The notes below the pieces were generated by a model. That model saw nothing but the letters and a program-made list of their open reading frames with translations, did not search any database and was not told the origin of the DNA. Positions 23,060 to 60,529 of a stretch of 64,000 nucleotides of DNA are shown piece after piece (the stretch's first letter is position 1; the number at the start of each line of letters is the position of its first letter). Source of the stretch: Tubiluchus corallicola (lineage: Eukaryota; Animalia; Priapulida); assembly GCA_030141605.1 (NCBI GenBank), contig JAQGDQ010000627.1, forward strand, positions 60,155-124,154, in the 5' to 3' direction. Position numbers and translations under genes: made by a program.

Positions 23060-25768
23060 CACTATCGAGTTCAACGCGTGCCTTAGTAATTTGATTCTCC
23101 GTCACAAGCACAAGATGCAATAAATCTAGTCAAATCATTATTGACTGTAAATAAATCTGTTGTAAAAAATGAAGTCTGTTTAGTTTGTATAATTATGTCA
23201 TATTTTATTAATAGTTTAATGAAATTTGCTCATAAGTATCATATGTATGATACAGTCTTGTTAATATGAATCTATTATTCTACTTCCTTGTTGTTGTAGC
23301 CGTTAATACTCATTTGGCCTTCCTTGGCCCATGTGTCAAGATTACAAGATTTTCATTGTTGTTCCCTGCATTTATAATAACCCAACAAAAACGTAGATTT
23401 GTTCAGCTTCAAAACAGTTAAAGAGACTTCGTTAAGCAACCAAGACTGAATAAAACATTTGAACACTTTTCTCCAAACTTATACTCCTTTGTTTACCTGA
23501 TTGGGACCGTGCAATGGTTCAAGCAAGTCATGGTATTCACTGATAAGTGTAATGGGTCTGTTTCCTGTGGATAAGGTACAGGTCTTTCTGCAGTCAGCAT
23601 TTTCATGCTTAGATACCCAAATTTTTGAAAATTAGTGCAAGCAGCAGGATAAAATGATTTTTGCAGCAGCTTGGATATCCTAGGAAACATACTCAGAAAG
23701 AGAAGTAAACTGAATTGCCCAGATGTTTTAACTAAAAGAGGGACAGTGAAAAAGAAATGGTGTAATTTGGTTTAGCGATTTCCTGACAAAAAATGCAGAC
23801 CAGCTATGTAAAACTCAACACCATTGTTCTCCTGATAAAAATGCAGAACTCAGCACAATTGTTCTCGCATCATCAGTTCTTTCCTACATAAATATAGACA
23901 CTACATAAAATGTTTGCACATTAAAAATAATTAATGGATTAATAGTATATTTGTCAGATGTTAATTGTGAAAACAGGTTTATGCCATTGGATGTGATGGG
24001 CGTTGCTTACTATTCTAATAACTATAGAAATTTGTTTCACTTTTGTTTTATTGTACCAGTAAAAGCAATATTGCTATGAAATCACTAATTGTGTAGTAAG
24101 CTGGATAACAGCATAATTTTGCAGCTAGGCTTGTAGTTCACTAAAGTATGAATCACACACGTTCATACTGTATTAATGGTTTGCTGTCTGCAATTTTTTT
24201 TTTACTTAATTAGATTGAATAAAATTGGATTTAATGCTTGTTTATTTTCGTGTTACATGATTTAACATTTAGCATTATGGAGCTTTTTTACAGCATACCA
24301 TTCTTAATGCAAAGAACAGTGATCTCCAAAGTTATCTTCATAAAAAGTGCAATAAATTTGCCGTTATTTTCATACTGTATATGTATCTACATTTAAACAG
24401 ATGAGTATTTAGTAGCTATTTACAGAGGTTTTTACGGTTGGCCAGTTTGCAGAACAACTTAATTTACACGATTACACCAAAAGCTCTGCATATTTTGGTA
24501 AAAAATCAACTTCCTACAATGTATATGGATGATCCAGAGGTTAAAGGCTGTTAAACACGTCAACACTGTACAGACTCGGAAAAATTCTCGAGTGTTATGC
24601 AGCCATTAGCGCGTTGTTGTACAGCGCTGTAAATGCAACAAAAATCTTCTTATAATACATAATTATTATTGTTTCTTGTTAGAGAAACTAACTAGATAAT
24701 TCTAATTAGAGCACCTAATGTTTCCATTTGGAAACTGTCTACTCTTTTTCCTACACCCCCTGTAATTCATCTCCTGATTTTTTCGGACTTGCACTGCTCT
24801 CGAATTATGTTATATACGTAATTAATTTTTGCTGTTACCCTGTAAAATGTGTATTTTAAGGAGGTAAATAAAAATTGTCTGTCTATGTCTTGATGTTTTT
24901 GTAATGATGTGTACTGTCTGTGTTTTTGTTTTTATTGCTGTATGTTGGCACAGCAAATTCATATTTTAACTGACACCATAGATCAAGCCATGTCTTCAAA
25001 TGGTAATTTTACCAGGCCACCTGGGGATGCATGTTATCCTGAATAGACTAGTAGTTTAAGCTCTTAGCAAAATTAAAGCAAAGTACCCTCTAGAGTTTCA
25101 CTTGTATGGTAATAATTGCCAGCCGTTGTTAAGTCTGTCATAGGGAACAAAGTTAAGTACGAGAGTATCTTAAAAACTAAAGATAGTACTGAAAAGTAAG
25201 AAAAGGCCTCTTTGATTTTAGTACACATTTACCGTGAAAGTTTCGACCAAAAATTCTGCAACCTGCTAGCTACAAAAGCATTAGTTGTATACAATTGCTT
25301 TTGGTATACAACGCTGATAATTTTAAAATTTGCACCCTGTGCATAAGTATTTCCAGAAAACTCCTGAAATCCAGAAAGCCTACTGGGGAAGCTTACAGTG
25401 CTCCCCTGAACTCCTTAGCAACCTTTTCAGGTAACACCCAAACATTAGTCCATCTCTGGATATTTATAAACTCAATACGTACTATTTGTGTTGTACAAAA
25501 GAGATAGAAGACACAGAAGCTGAAATGTACAAGTCTCCTAAAATTAAACATTTTTCAAGGTTTAAATAAAATTTAGTTCTGAGTAAGTCAGATATTTCGT
25601 AACTAAGACTTCATAAAACTTTGCACATCTTTACAGCATTTATTTGACAACTGCCCACAAAGTGGCAATACTTTATAGTAAACAGAAAGTAGAAAGTACC
25701 ATTAATTAGGCATTTCAATAGCAAAAAATGACTGATGCTTGTGCATACGTAACACAATCATGAAAAAG

Positions 25769-26368
25769 TTACTCAACAATAAGTGAATGAAGTTTCTTTT
25801 GCCTTTGCTGGTACGAAACTATATCATCATCTGTAAAACTTATCGTTTTTGGCGGAATCAAAGCACCGGCTACATAACGTCCTTCACTATTTAGGAAATT
25901 AAAAGTTGCACAGGCTATGTCTGTAGGCAGAACTTCAAGACTAATGCTTTTAGATCTAACATACTGGAGCACCTTTGGAGCAACCTGCTCTCCAGCATCT
26001 CCCACACCCAAAACTAGAATATCAATTTTGGGTTCCAGTAGGCAAAACAGCGAAAATGCATCTTCATTCAAAGACTTTGCATTCAAAACGTTCCAACAAA
26101 GCACTGAACGTGGAAAGACAGCCATCGATCCGAATACACGAATGCCGTTATTTAATCGAAAACCCGTGGAGCTGAAGGAGTCTACCATAATTCCGTATTC
26201 AACTTCCTTGTTTAACACAGTGACAGACATCCGATGGTACGGATCGTTATCTCCAACATCCAAAAAATTATCTTCAATGTGTGTTTTGCGTAACTGCGTC
26301 AAACTTGGGAGGTGTCGAAACGGGATCCGTTTCAGTATTGATACGGGTACTCGCATCAACGTCGTCAT
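25769..26368 (-). CDS. NDUFAF3: NADH dehydrogenase (complex I) assembly factor 3, Mth938-like domain, 199 aa
   Basis: Intronless ORF with an Arg/Leu-rich, acid-free N-terminus (mitochondrial presequence-like). NDUFAF3 motifs: MVDSFSSTGFRLNNGIRVFGSMAVFPRSVLCWNV, FSLFCLLEPKIDILVLGVG, EVLPTDIACATFNFLNSEGRYVAGALIPP. A splice acceptor (TTTTCAG) lies 12 nt upstream of the ATG. Confidence 0.95.
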   Translation of the reverse strand: MTTLMRVPVSILKRIPFRHLPSLTQLRKTHIEDNFLDVGDNDPYHRMSVTVLNKEVEYGIMVDSFSSTGFRLNNGIRVFGSMAVFPRSVLCWNVLNAKSLNEDAFSLFCLLEPKIDILVLGVGDAGEQVAPKVLQYVRSKSISLEVLPTDIACATFNFLNSEGRYVAGALIPPKTISFTDDDIVSYQQRQKKLHSLIVE

Positions 26369-27641
26369 AACTTATCCAAGCTGAAAATACAGAGCTTCAA
26401 CAATATACTGAAAATTAAATCAAAATAACTGGGATGAAATAATTGCAATTATAAGCAACTGACATGTTACAGTTTTAAAGAAGCATTAAGTTTTAATTTT
26501 GACTAGATACGTTTCCTGAACAGGTACTGTGAGTTGTCTTTTTTTGTTATTTAACGTAAGCTTTACATTTCTCATGATTTATGGATGAATTTTGTGAAAC
26601 TGCAAACTAACGATAAAATAAATAAACATTTGAATTGTTCCTTAGTGATGGCGACAGTAGCGAGTCCCTGAGTTTAAACATTTTTTCATTATCTTTCTTT
26701 GTTTAATTTCATCATCAATTTGCACATAATGAAATGACTAATTTCCTGACAATTCTGCTGCACTTACATTACTAAAAGAGACACGGGCACAAAAAGTCTA
26801 CACAACATTTCTAGTCAGTACTGTTGAACTGTCAATCAACTAGTAACGTTCAAACATGGAATATAATATGGTATAATCAATGCTATGTATCTTTGAACTA
26901 CTGAATCTAGAGTATTCATTATTTCCAGCATACAACGTCTGGAGACAGCAGATGCACACATTATCTAAATTTTAAATATATTTATCACTGACTGTTATTT
27001 TTAAAAGAAAATCAGTACCTCATTTCCTCAAAATGATCTATCGACTAAAGTATAAAAGGCAAGATGCTGTTTTTCAAGAATGAATTACAGTGAAAAATCA
27101 GCACCTCACATATATAATTTAGTTAATTTTTTTATTGTTGCCTGCTCTAAACTGTTACTATACCAAGAGTGCCTGCTTTTAAGAAATGTATTGTACAAAA
27201 ATAGGCACTGCATCTGTTCAACCAAACAGATTCCACTTGTAATATCATGTCAGAAACAAATTGAAATTGTAGCTTAAAATTAAACAAGTTTTTGTGTTTC
27301 ATTGTCTCAGTCACAAAGAACGCCGGCATACTGTATGTCAATTTTGGCATCGTAACCGTGAAAAAACTTGTTGAAAGGCTTTGGCTGTGGGTCAATTTTT
27401 GACACCTGTGAAAAACAGCAACATCGCTAACTCGCCTGCAATTGAAGCAAGCTGCTAGTTAAGTTTCTAAGCTACCATTTAATTATCACAAACATTTGGT
27501 AAAATTTATTACAGGTATTTCGTATATTTGAGACATAAGTGAAAATGAGACATGGTTTGAAAAATCGATGTTTTCTTTTAAGTATAAAATAAAAAGCATA
27601 CCGAATCAGAAGTTGAAACTGAGCAAAACGTTCGGTAGTAT

Positions 27642-29116
27642 TTAATAAGCTTGCTTTGGTTGTTGAGTTGGCAGTTGATGAAAACGTTTCTTTATAGTAA
27701 TTCTGTGTCGTGAGAATTTATCATCAGGTGAAAATCGAGCTGAAATGCAGAAGAATTCGCATAACGTACACCTTATTAAATGTACATGTACTGAATTTTG
27801 CCATAAAATGTTGCATGCACATTACAGAACAAATTACAGCAATACACAAGAATTTTCCTTCACTTAGTGCCCTATATAACCTAACTGAGAATTTCCGCAA
27901 CATATTGCATTAATAGCTAAGATGCAAATCGCATGACTGTGCAAAAGTACAGAAAGTTTCAGTTTTTATTAAACAGCATAAAAAGGGTAGAATTGCTTAA
28001 AATGCCTATAAACACTTAATAAATTGCAATGTAGTGGTTGTGGGTACTTTATAACAAAAGCTGAACATGTGCATAAAAAAGGTTCAGCATTGCATCTGTG
28101 ACACAGAGTCACTTAAAATCTCAATCGATAAAAAACCGAGATACACTATGCTTTACCTGGATGAGCGCTTTGAGTTGGCCTTCCTTGTGGGTCTGTCTTC
28201 TGAATAAGAAAAATACAAAAATAGTTAGGTATTAACAAGTTAGCATAACAGTTGGGGATGGGAGTTGACCGAGTAATCAAATATTTAGCCCGGGGCAGGG
28301 ATGAATTTAATGGACTCGCAAATCACAACCCACTTTGCTACCCATTTTCTTGTATTTGTAAATCATCATTCGTTCCGGCTAGTAGTAAGTGTAATTCAAG
28401 AAATACACAATGCAGTTATTGTTCTAATTTTACCTACTTAAAAAGTGCAAACAAGCGCAATGAGGTGCATTAATATATACATGTATGTCTATGCAAATAT
28501 AAACATTTTGTTTTGCTAAAAATTTGGTTGTTAAGTGAAGTTGGCTTGGGGATGTTATAACGATGTCTGACTGTATATATGATGGTGCATCCTTTGCTGT
28601 AACATGGGTTATTTGTTTCAGTTGTAAACAATTTTATTAGTTCCAACTTGTAACCAACTGCCACTTTCAATAGATTTTTAACTAAGTCTAGTGTCCGTAA
28701 AATGTCATGACAACTGCAGTATGATTGCAGTTTGAATGCTGCATAATTGCTGTTTGAAGAATTTACAATGGTTTTCTCTTCGTTACAATGCAACTGAGTG
28801 AAAACCTAAAACCACAAATATTATTCTAAATGCTACGCAAACTTTCTAATGTAAATCCAGCCTTGTAATTATTATACTAGCTACACCAAACTCAAACTTC
28901 ACCTAGCTAACTTGTCGACTTTTCGTCGTTTTCACGTTTTCATTGTCTTACAAGTAAACATTCATGAATTTCCAGCTAAGTAAGTGGACAATAATTATAA
29001 ATACTGAGTAAGTAAGTAACTTGTAAATAGACTACAAAAAATTCCAATATTGAAAAACTTACATCAAGCGTGTAAACTCTATCACCGTTTTCGTTCAAAT
29101 AAAACATAAGAAACAT
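27642..29116 (-). CDS. NOP10: H/ACA ribonucleoprotein complex subunit 3 (NOP10), 64 aa
   Basis: Exons 29116-29063 ([18 protein letters not shown]), 28199-28157 ([14 protein letters not shown]+G) and 27739-27642 ([32 protein letters not shown]), all GT-AG. Matches the conserved NOP10 sequence ([19 protein letters not shown]). Not present in the ORF track. Confidence 0.97.
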
Positions 29117-29448
29117 GATGTTTCATATACGAATTTATTCTAAAGTCTAAATTCTAGGCCAAGAGCTCTCAAATTTTCCCGAAAATGCTCAATTTCATAT
29201 CATTTTGGGCCTCAGTAGGTGCTGCCATCTGCACTTCTTGCCTAAAATTTAAGAAAATTATAAAAAAAAACAATTGTAGAACGTTGGTGTCCTTCAAAAA
29301 CTTTAAAAAAATAATTGTAGTTTGAAAATTTATACAAAATTTTTTGTTTAAGTTTGTCTAAGTGAAGAATGCGAAATTTTTTGTGATAAAATTTATCATT
29401 TAAGTTGTGCATATTCAATAAGGATTCCTCACACAAGTTTTTCAGTGA

Positions 29449-29521
29449 GCCCGGTTAGCTCAGTCGGTAGAGCATCAGACTTTTAATCTGAGGGTCAAGG
29501 GTTCAAGTCCCTTATCGGGCG
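29449..29521 (+). tRNA. tRNA-Lys (anticodon UUU)
   Basis: GCCCGGTTAGCTCAGTCGGTAGAGCATCAGACTTTTAATCTGAGGGTCAAGGGTTCAAGTCCCTTATCGGGCG: 73 nt, full cloverleaf, A and B boxes, near-identical to metazoan tRNA-Lys-TTT. Confidence 0.97.
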
Positions 29522-29529
29522 ATCGCAAC

Positions 29530-29535
29530 TTTTTT
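29530..29535 (+). terminator. RNA polymerase III T-run terminator of tRNA-Lys
   Basis: TTTTTT 8 nt after the tRNA 3' end. Confidence 0.75.
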
Positions 29536-30371
29536 CTCGCTAACATCAAATTTTTTGTCAATCAATATCAATACTATAACAAAATTCCTGTTCACCACAA
29601 TTTTTTAAGTACTAACCGCAAAAGGATCTGTGCAAATTTAATCGCAATAGAAAATGTTGACCCATTTAGATCGATATTAGTTTCTGAATTATAGTGTGAT
29701 CGATTTTAAAACTTCATGTGCCGCTGAGGCTTATCACAGGCCAAGTTATGTAACTACTTTCTTAAACCGTATAATTTTATTATTAATTATTTTCAATTTT
29801 CATAAAAAAGTTTAGTTAAACTGTTTTTGATATAACGCTAGAGACTAACCTGTTTCGAAATCAGATTTGCTTGAATGTTTATCGTCGAATGTCACCATTT
29901 TATGCGATTAAAGCCTCAACGAAATTTATGGCAGTTGAATTCGCCCAGATATTCCGCTCTAAGCTGTCGAGTTGTACGGACGTTAAATGTCATTAAATGA
30001 TGGTCTAGTAGTTATAGTGTGTGCTTGCAGAAAAGAAATCTGTCAACGTAGTTATGACATAGATGATGGCTGCTTGCTAACTATGGTAATTACCTGTTGA
30101 CGATGATACTTACCTCTTGCTGATGAGGACGTCATCAGGAGTCGTCAAAGTTTAGTGATGTCGTTCACGTAATCGGATGCACGAAGAAGTAGAGTGGCAA
30201 ACAGTTCTATGGTGCACCATTTCTCGACAAAGCCTACTGGTGAGGAGTAAGAGAGATGAAGTTGGATGGAGACAGTGATAGTGTTAGGACTAATGAAAAA
30301 ACGTTACGTTATTCTTTTTTAACTTGGCCGGCTTTATCACTGTTATTAATATTTACCATGCAATGTATTTG

Positions 30372-33280
30372 TTCATTTATTCATTATTTATTAGGCACAA
30401 GAAATAAATACGTGAGTAAACAGTAAAATTTTATAGCCATAATCAATAGGAAGGTTGCGCCTACCACTGTGTACCATGGGTGACAGCAAGGAACTAAATC
30501 CTCAAACAGGTCACTGCCTGTTATCCATCCAGTAGTAGACACATAGAGCTAAAAAAATTGCCTAGTAAGAAATTACATAAGATAATCAAGACGAATTATT
30601 TAAAATACAAAAATCTACAAAATACTTACAATTTACTTAAATCTACAAATAGGATTGAACGCTAAAATAAATAAAGTATATACGAGGCCAGAGAATTAAA
30701 ATACGTGCTCTTGGATGGTAAAATGGTGGAAGACAGCCTGTTTAAAAAAGATGTTGACGTCATAAAAATTGCACCAGCAGGTAATTCGTTCCACAAGCGT
30801 GGAAATCTGTTGTTAATGGAGGCACGCAGGCAGGTGGTTCTATTTCTGTTTAAAAGCAATCGACCATGCATACGGCTTGATCTTGAAAATGTTCATTGAC
30901 TATCAAATTGCTGACGGAAGAAACCGTGCATTGCCTTTTATCCAAATACAAGAGAGGATTGGTTCCTTCTGCGTTTGCGACTCATCATTTTGAGAGTTCG
31001 GAGGCGATTATTGTAGTCAGGCATGGGTCTACTATCTAGGAAGTACATATACAGTGCTGCCTTTCGTTGCACAGATTCTAGTTTATGAATGCCAGTGTGG
31101 GGGGACCAAACAATGGCCCTGTACTCCAGAATTAGTCGGACCAATGAGTAATACAATAGTCTGAAGTTTTCGGAATTGGAACCCCGACATGTTCTAAAAA
31201 CGAATCCAAGCAGACGTCTTGCATGACTGCATACTTTGGATATGTGGGAGTTCTAGGTAAGGTTGTTTGACAGATATACCCCAAGATGTTTATGAGTCTA
31301 CACTTCCTTAATGACCTCACCATCGATAGTATAGTTAATGACATCAGGACGAGAGGCTCTAGTAATAATCATCAGCTCGGTTTTTGAGGCATTAAGAGCT
31401 AGTTTGTTTGCTCTGCACCAGTCATTAACATTGAGATGATCGCCTGTAAACAATGTTCATCCTCAGAGCTCCTAATAACTTTATATAGAACTGTGTCCTC
31501 AGCATATTGTATAGATGGCTTTCACGAGAAATAACTTCTGACAGGTTGTTAGTATACAAAACAAACAAAAGTGGACCAAGAAGAGACCCTTGGGGAACAC
31601 CGGAGTTAACTGGTACCAGTTAGATTTACAGCCTTGATAAACAACTCGCTGTTGTCTGTTATACAGAAAGCTCGAAATCCATTTATGAACGTTACCGCAA
31701 ATGCCAACAGATATTAATGTATCAAGCAATTTTTTGCGCGAGATCGTGACGAACGCCATGGAGAAATCCAGAAAGATGGTGTCGACACGAGGTGGACTGG
31801 AAACATCTAGGGACCTACACCAGTGATCGTACAACAAAGAAAGTTAAACTTCACAGCTTGATCCTTTAAGGAAGCCAAAATGAGTAGCACTAATAATTCC
31901 AGCTGCATTTAAATAGTCGGTGATACCATTTACAACTAGCTTTTCCAATAGCTTACCTATTGCCTTACTGATAGAGAATGGCCAATAGCTTTCAAATAAA
32001 CTAGTCTTTCCCACTACCTTTATATATTGGGGTGACATTACCTTCTTTCCAGGGAAGGAGTCCAAGTGATAGCGATTCATTAAACAGCCTACAAAGGGGT
32101 ATAGCTAGGTTAGGTGCGCTCTCTTTGAGGATTCTATTTGGGAAGCCGTCGGGACCAGCTGATTTAGAAATATTTTATACTATTAAGGTGGAATTAACTT
32201 GCTCAGGGGTAACAGCAATGTTAGATATATGATCATTTAAGTGGGGATGAGCGAGTAGGCAACCAGCTGAGCACAAACTATTACAATCATCGTCAGAATC
32301 ATTAGTAAAGGATTCTACAAAAAAATCATTAGCGTGTTTTGATATTGACCCAGGGTCAGTGATGACTGTGCTGTTATCAAGTTTGAAAGATTTCTGGAGA
32401 CTACTTTTACGTCTTTGGCTGATAAATTGCCAGAACGCTTTAGGGTCAGTCTGTGACTTATGCGCTAGTACATTTAAATGCTGTGCAGCTGACTTGTTGA
32501 TCTTCTCTTTAAGTGAGCGACTAAAGCATGTCATCCGGATCGTTAGTGACAGATGCACGTCTGAAAAGTTGACGGTTTTTTGTGCATAATTTGGAGAGAT
32601 CGCTAGAAACCCAGGGATGATGCTTTGACTTATCACAGACAGTCTTAGAAGGCACTGCCTCACTCAAACAAGCATTCAACAAATCAATTCACCGATCATA
32701 AATCAGGTCAAGTTTGTGTTATCCACATAACAAATATCCCACGGTGTATGATGTAATAAATGATTCAAGTGAGAGAAGTCAGGATTTTTGTAAATATAAA
32801 TTAGTTTAGAAATTGACCTTCTCTGCTTACTGCCAAAATTTAAAGTACATTCTATGGCATAAAGATCACAGGTTATGCTTATATTGTCTACACCGTTCAA
32901 ACTAGAGACAGCAGTAATGTCACTAACACAAAAAAGGTTCAGTGTACTAGATCTTGTTCCTGCGTGCAGTACTGACGTGCTGGATAAGTGGACTCAGTCA
33001 CTAGCTGGGTGAGAATCAAGGCATTTAAGTAATCAATGATATTTTCGTCTACTGCGTCACTTGGAATGTACAGATATGAAGTCCAATAGCGTATGTATTG
33101 AAGTCGCCCATTAGTACTCTATGTTTGTAATCACTCTTACACATTTGAACCTTCTCGAGTGATTGTTCCAGCTTTGACAAATAGGCTAATTGAGATTGCA
33201 GATCCCTACAGGGTGGCCTGTAAAATACACCAACAAGCAATTTTCCGATTTTAGTAGAGCACTCTAGCCATAGAGAGAGA
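30372..33280 (-). mobile_element. Decayed CR1/L2-group LINE (APE endonuclease + reverse transcriptase), frameshifted
   Basis: Fragmented ORFs in the expected order. Endonuclease: LVGVFYRPP...VLMGDFN. Linker: DPKAFWQFI. RT: DTIFLDFSMAF, GVPQGSLLGPLL, and YAEDT in place of YADD. C-terminus: YYSLVRLILEYRAIVWSPH..KLESVQRKA, RFPRLWNELP. A-rich AATAAAT(GA) tail near 30372-30395. Confidence 0.88.
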
Positions 33281-33690
33281 GAAAATTAAACATGTTAGCA
33301 AAAATCTGCGTGTGGCAAAGTTGGTAAAACTCCTCTTATCGAGCGTACATACGAGCAAAAAATCTATATCATGCATACAAGTTGTTTGAACTTGTTGCAC
33401 ACGGATTTTGCATCGTGTATGATGAGTTTAATAACAAAAAAGAGCGTACGCTTTTCACCTAACTGATGTGCAGGAACTCTCACTAACACTACTCTTTATC
33501 AAAACCACTAGGTTGCAGCACCTGCATATACAAGCGCCTTCTAGAAGCCCTCTGTGCAGCAGGAAAATGAGCGAGGAAGCCCGGCACTCGCGACATCGTC
33601 AGAACAGGATTACCGCTGCTAAACAGACACAGATCGCTGGTGCATTTAGTCGTATGGACGAGTCTTCGTGTGCATGACGCTCACCACAAG

Positions 33691-58455
<24,765 letters not shown>

Positions 58456-58721
58456 GTAAGTACATTTTTCACCTTTGGTTGTTTGCTTGTCTTTCTCTGA
58501 ATAATTTCTGCATACAGATGTCAAATTTCACACGCGCTGTGTATTCGCTATATAATAAAACCTTGCTAATCATAACTTTGTATTGTGCTATGTTTGGCTT
58601 CCATGCGGGAGTTACTAGGAACGGTTCCCCCTGTCTGAGAAAGCTTTAATACCCGACGTTTTGGCTTGTGTCGTGGTCGCGTGCTGTTTTTCATTTCATT
58701 TGGGCGTAAAGTTCTGTAAAC

Positions 58722-59103
58722 CACGGAAGAGTATTAGCAACATGGTAAAAAAAATTGTGAACAAAAAAGTCGTTATAATGAGAAAAAGCCCTTATAACGA
58801 GACAGAAAGCCCTTATAAAGAGATAAGAAGTCGTTATAACGAAATAGAAAGTGGTTATAAACACTGAGTCTAATAATTGTTGTACAGAGCTGTTCTTACA
58901 CCAAGAAGTGCATCGAAAGGCTTCGTGAATTGCACTTATGTGAAAACAGTGCCGATAATATTCATTAACTCATTGTGTGAGGAATTCCTCACTGTTTTTA
59001 TTTCATTATGAGGACTTTTAGTCTCGTAATAATGACTTTTCGTCTCGTCTTAGGTACTTTTTTAATCACAATTTTTTCTACTGCGGCCCTAATAGCTCCC
59101 ATA
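58722..59103. mobile_element. Foldback/MITE-like element with ~21-bp subterminal repeats
   Basis: The left arm (GTATTAG...AAAAAATTGTGA..AAAAAAGT followed by AAGYCSTTATAAYGAGA repeats) is mirrored by the right arm (TTATGAGGACTTT..TCTCGTAATAATGACTTT...TCACAATTTTTT...CTAATAG). Confidence 0.6.
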
Positions 59104-60209
59104 ATGAACCCGCTTGGTTTTGATTATTTGTGCCAGAGATTTTTGCTTTGGCCTTACGCTTGCAGATACTATATTCTCTGTTTGTGCTCGCAGTATAACA
59201 GGTGATGCACAATCAAATTGTCATTGTGTGTTAGACATTAATTAAAGCAAGTGTATGCACTGAAAAAATTTATGCCCACTTAGAGACGTTCACCTCTGAA
59301 ATGGTTTATCTCAAGTGAAACACTCAAGTGAAAAACCAGCGTTATCAGCACGAATTTTCTTCGACAAGACGAGGAAAATGTGCTCGGAAAAAGTGGCAAG
59401 TTTTCCACCTTGAGTCTTGGATCAGCTTTTAAACAAGAAAAGTTGTGTAGACGGGGAAAACGGAAAACTTGCTAATTTTAGTGTTCACACTTTTTGATTG
59501 TATGAGGGAGTCGTGTGAATTAATGTGTTACTATATTATGTAGGTTATGCATGTTACTATATTATGTTAGTCTTCCGCTTCATGGTATAATTGCTTTGTG
59601 AGAAATGATTCAAATGCGAAAATGATGTGTAAATTAATCTAAAGTCTAAACTGTAAATTTTGTACATTAAATTTCATTTGGCAACTGCTGTAAAGGCACC
59701 TTGATGGACCAATAAATCAGGCGTTTAAAAGAAATAAACAAACCATTCAAAGTAATGTATAAGCATCAGTCAGTTTTTGTTGTTAATTTTTGTAGTACCG
59801 ATTAAGAAATGCATAGACAATTACAACATGCGCGCCACGGCTGATTTGGAGCTGCTGGAGCTGCTTTTCTAACATTGAATCTTATATTATGATTTATAAG
59901 TATTATAAGGTAGAGAATACGAAACTGATGTCAACAAGCGAATTTTAAGATTGCGCTACTTTAGCCGAATTAGCGTCAAATAAAACGCAAAAAAGTTGTG
60001 TAGTCAACTAGCTCAACATTGTGAAATTTTGTCACATTGCCCATCTACAATGTTAACATAACCCTATGTGGCTAAAAATGATTAAAGATTATAAGTATTT
60101 AGCACTTTTAGCGTCTTTTCGCACCAGATTAGCGTAAAGTAGGATACAAACTTTGGTCACCTTGAAATTCACGCAGTTCGATCTCAAATTCTTTATATTT
60201 CACACCAGA

Positions 60210-60529
60210 GCATTTTCTCATGACAATCTTTAGATTCTCGTAAGAAGAGCATTAGTCACGTCCTGGTCACGGCATCAGTGTAGCAAGGATGAACGCCAAT
60301 CCTAAGCTAGTCAGTATGGTTTTAGAGAAACTTTTATTATACATGTAACAACATGGCTAAGATGAGTATGAAGCACATATACAAGCAGACTAGAATACAC
60401 TAATGAAGTGCGGTCGTCGGCGCCAGGAACCACATTGAGGTTTTGGCTTCGGCACGGGTTCGAGGTTGATTACCAGAATGTGATTAACGCCATTGTTATG
60501 AGAATCTAAAGATTGTTATGAGAAAATGC
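60210..60529. mobile_element. 320-bp element with 50-bp inverted termini (MITE-like)
   Basis: GCATTTTCTCATGACAATCTTTAGATTCTCGTAAG... (60210-60259) is the imperfect reverse complement of ...GTTATGAGAATCTAAAGATTGTTATGAGAAAATGC (60480-60529). Confidence 0.65.

Noticed and set aside
26278-26380. NOP10 exon 2 splicing in frame into NDUFAF3 (fusion protein)
   Set aside because: The joined frame differs from NDUFAF3 and stops after ~35 codons; the true NOP10 exon 3 is at 27739-27642.
25917-26384. 155-aa ORF on the + strand
   Set aside because: Antisense shadow of NDUFAF3; likewise 12298-12561(-), 14435-14629(-) and 7051-7260(+) shadow real exons.
30105-30150. ATACTTACCT (U1 snRNA-like start) and CTGATGAG (hammerhead-like box)
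   Set aside because: The sequence diverges from U1 after 10 nt, and no GAAA follows the putative stem II.
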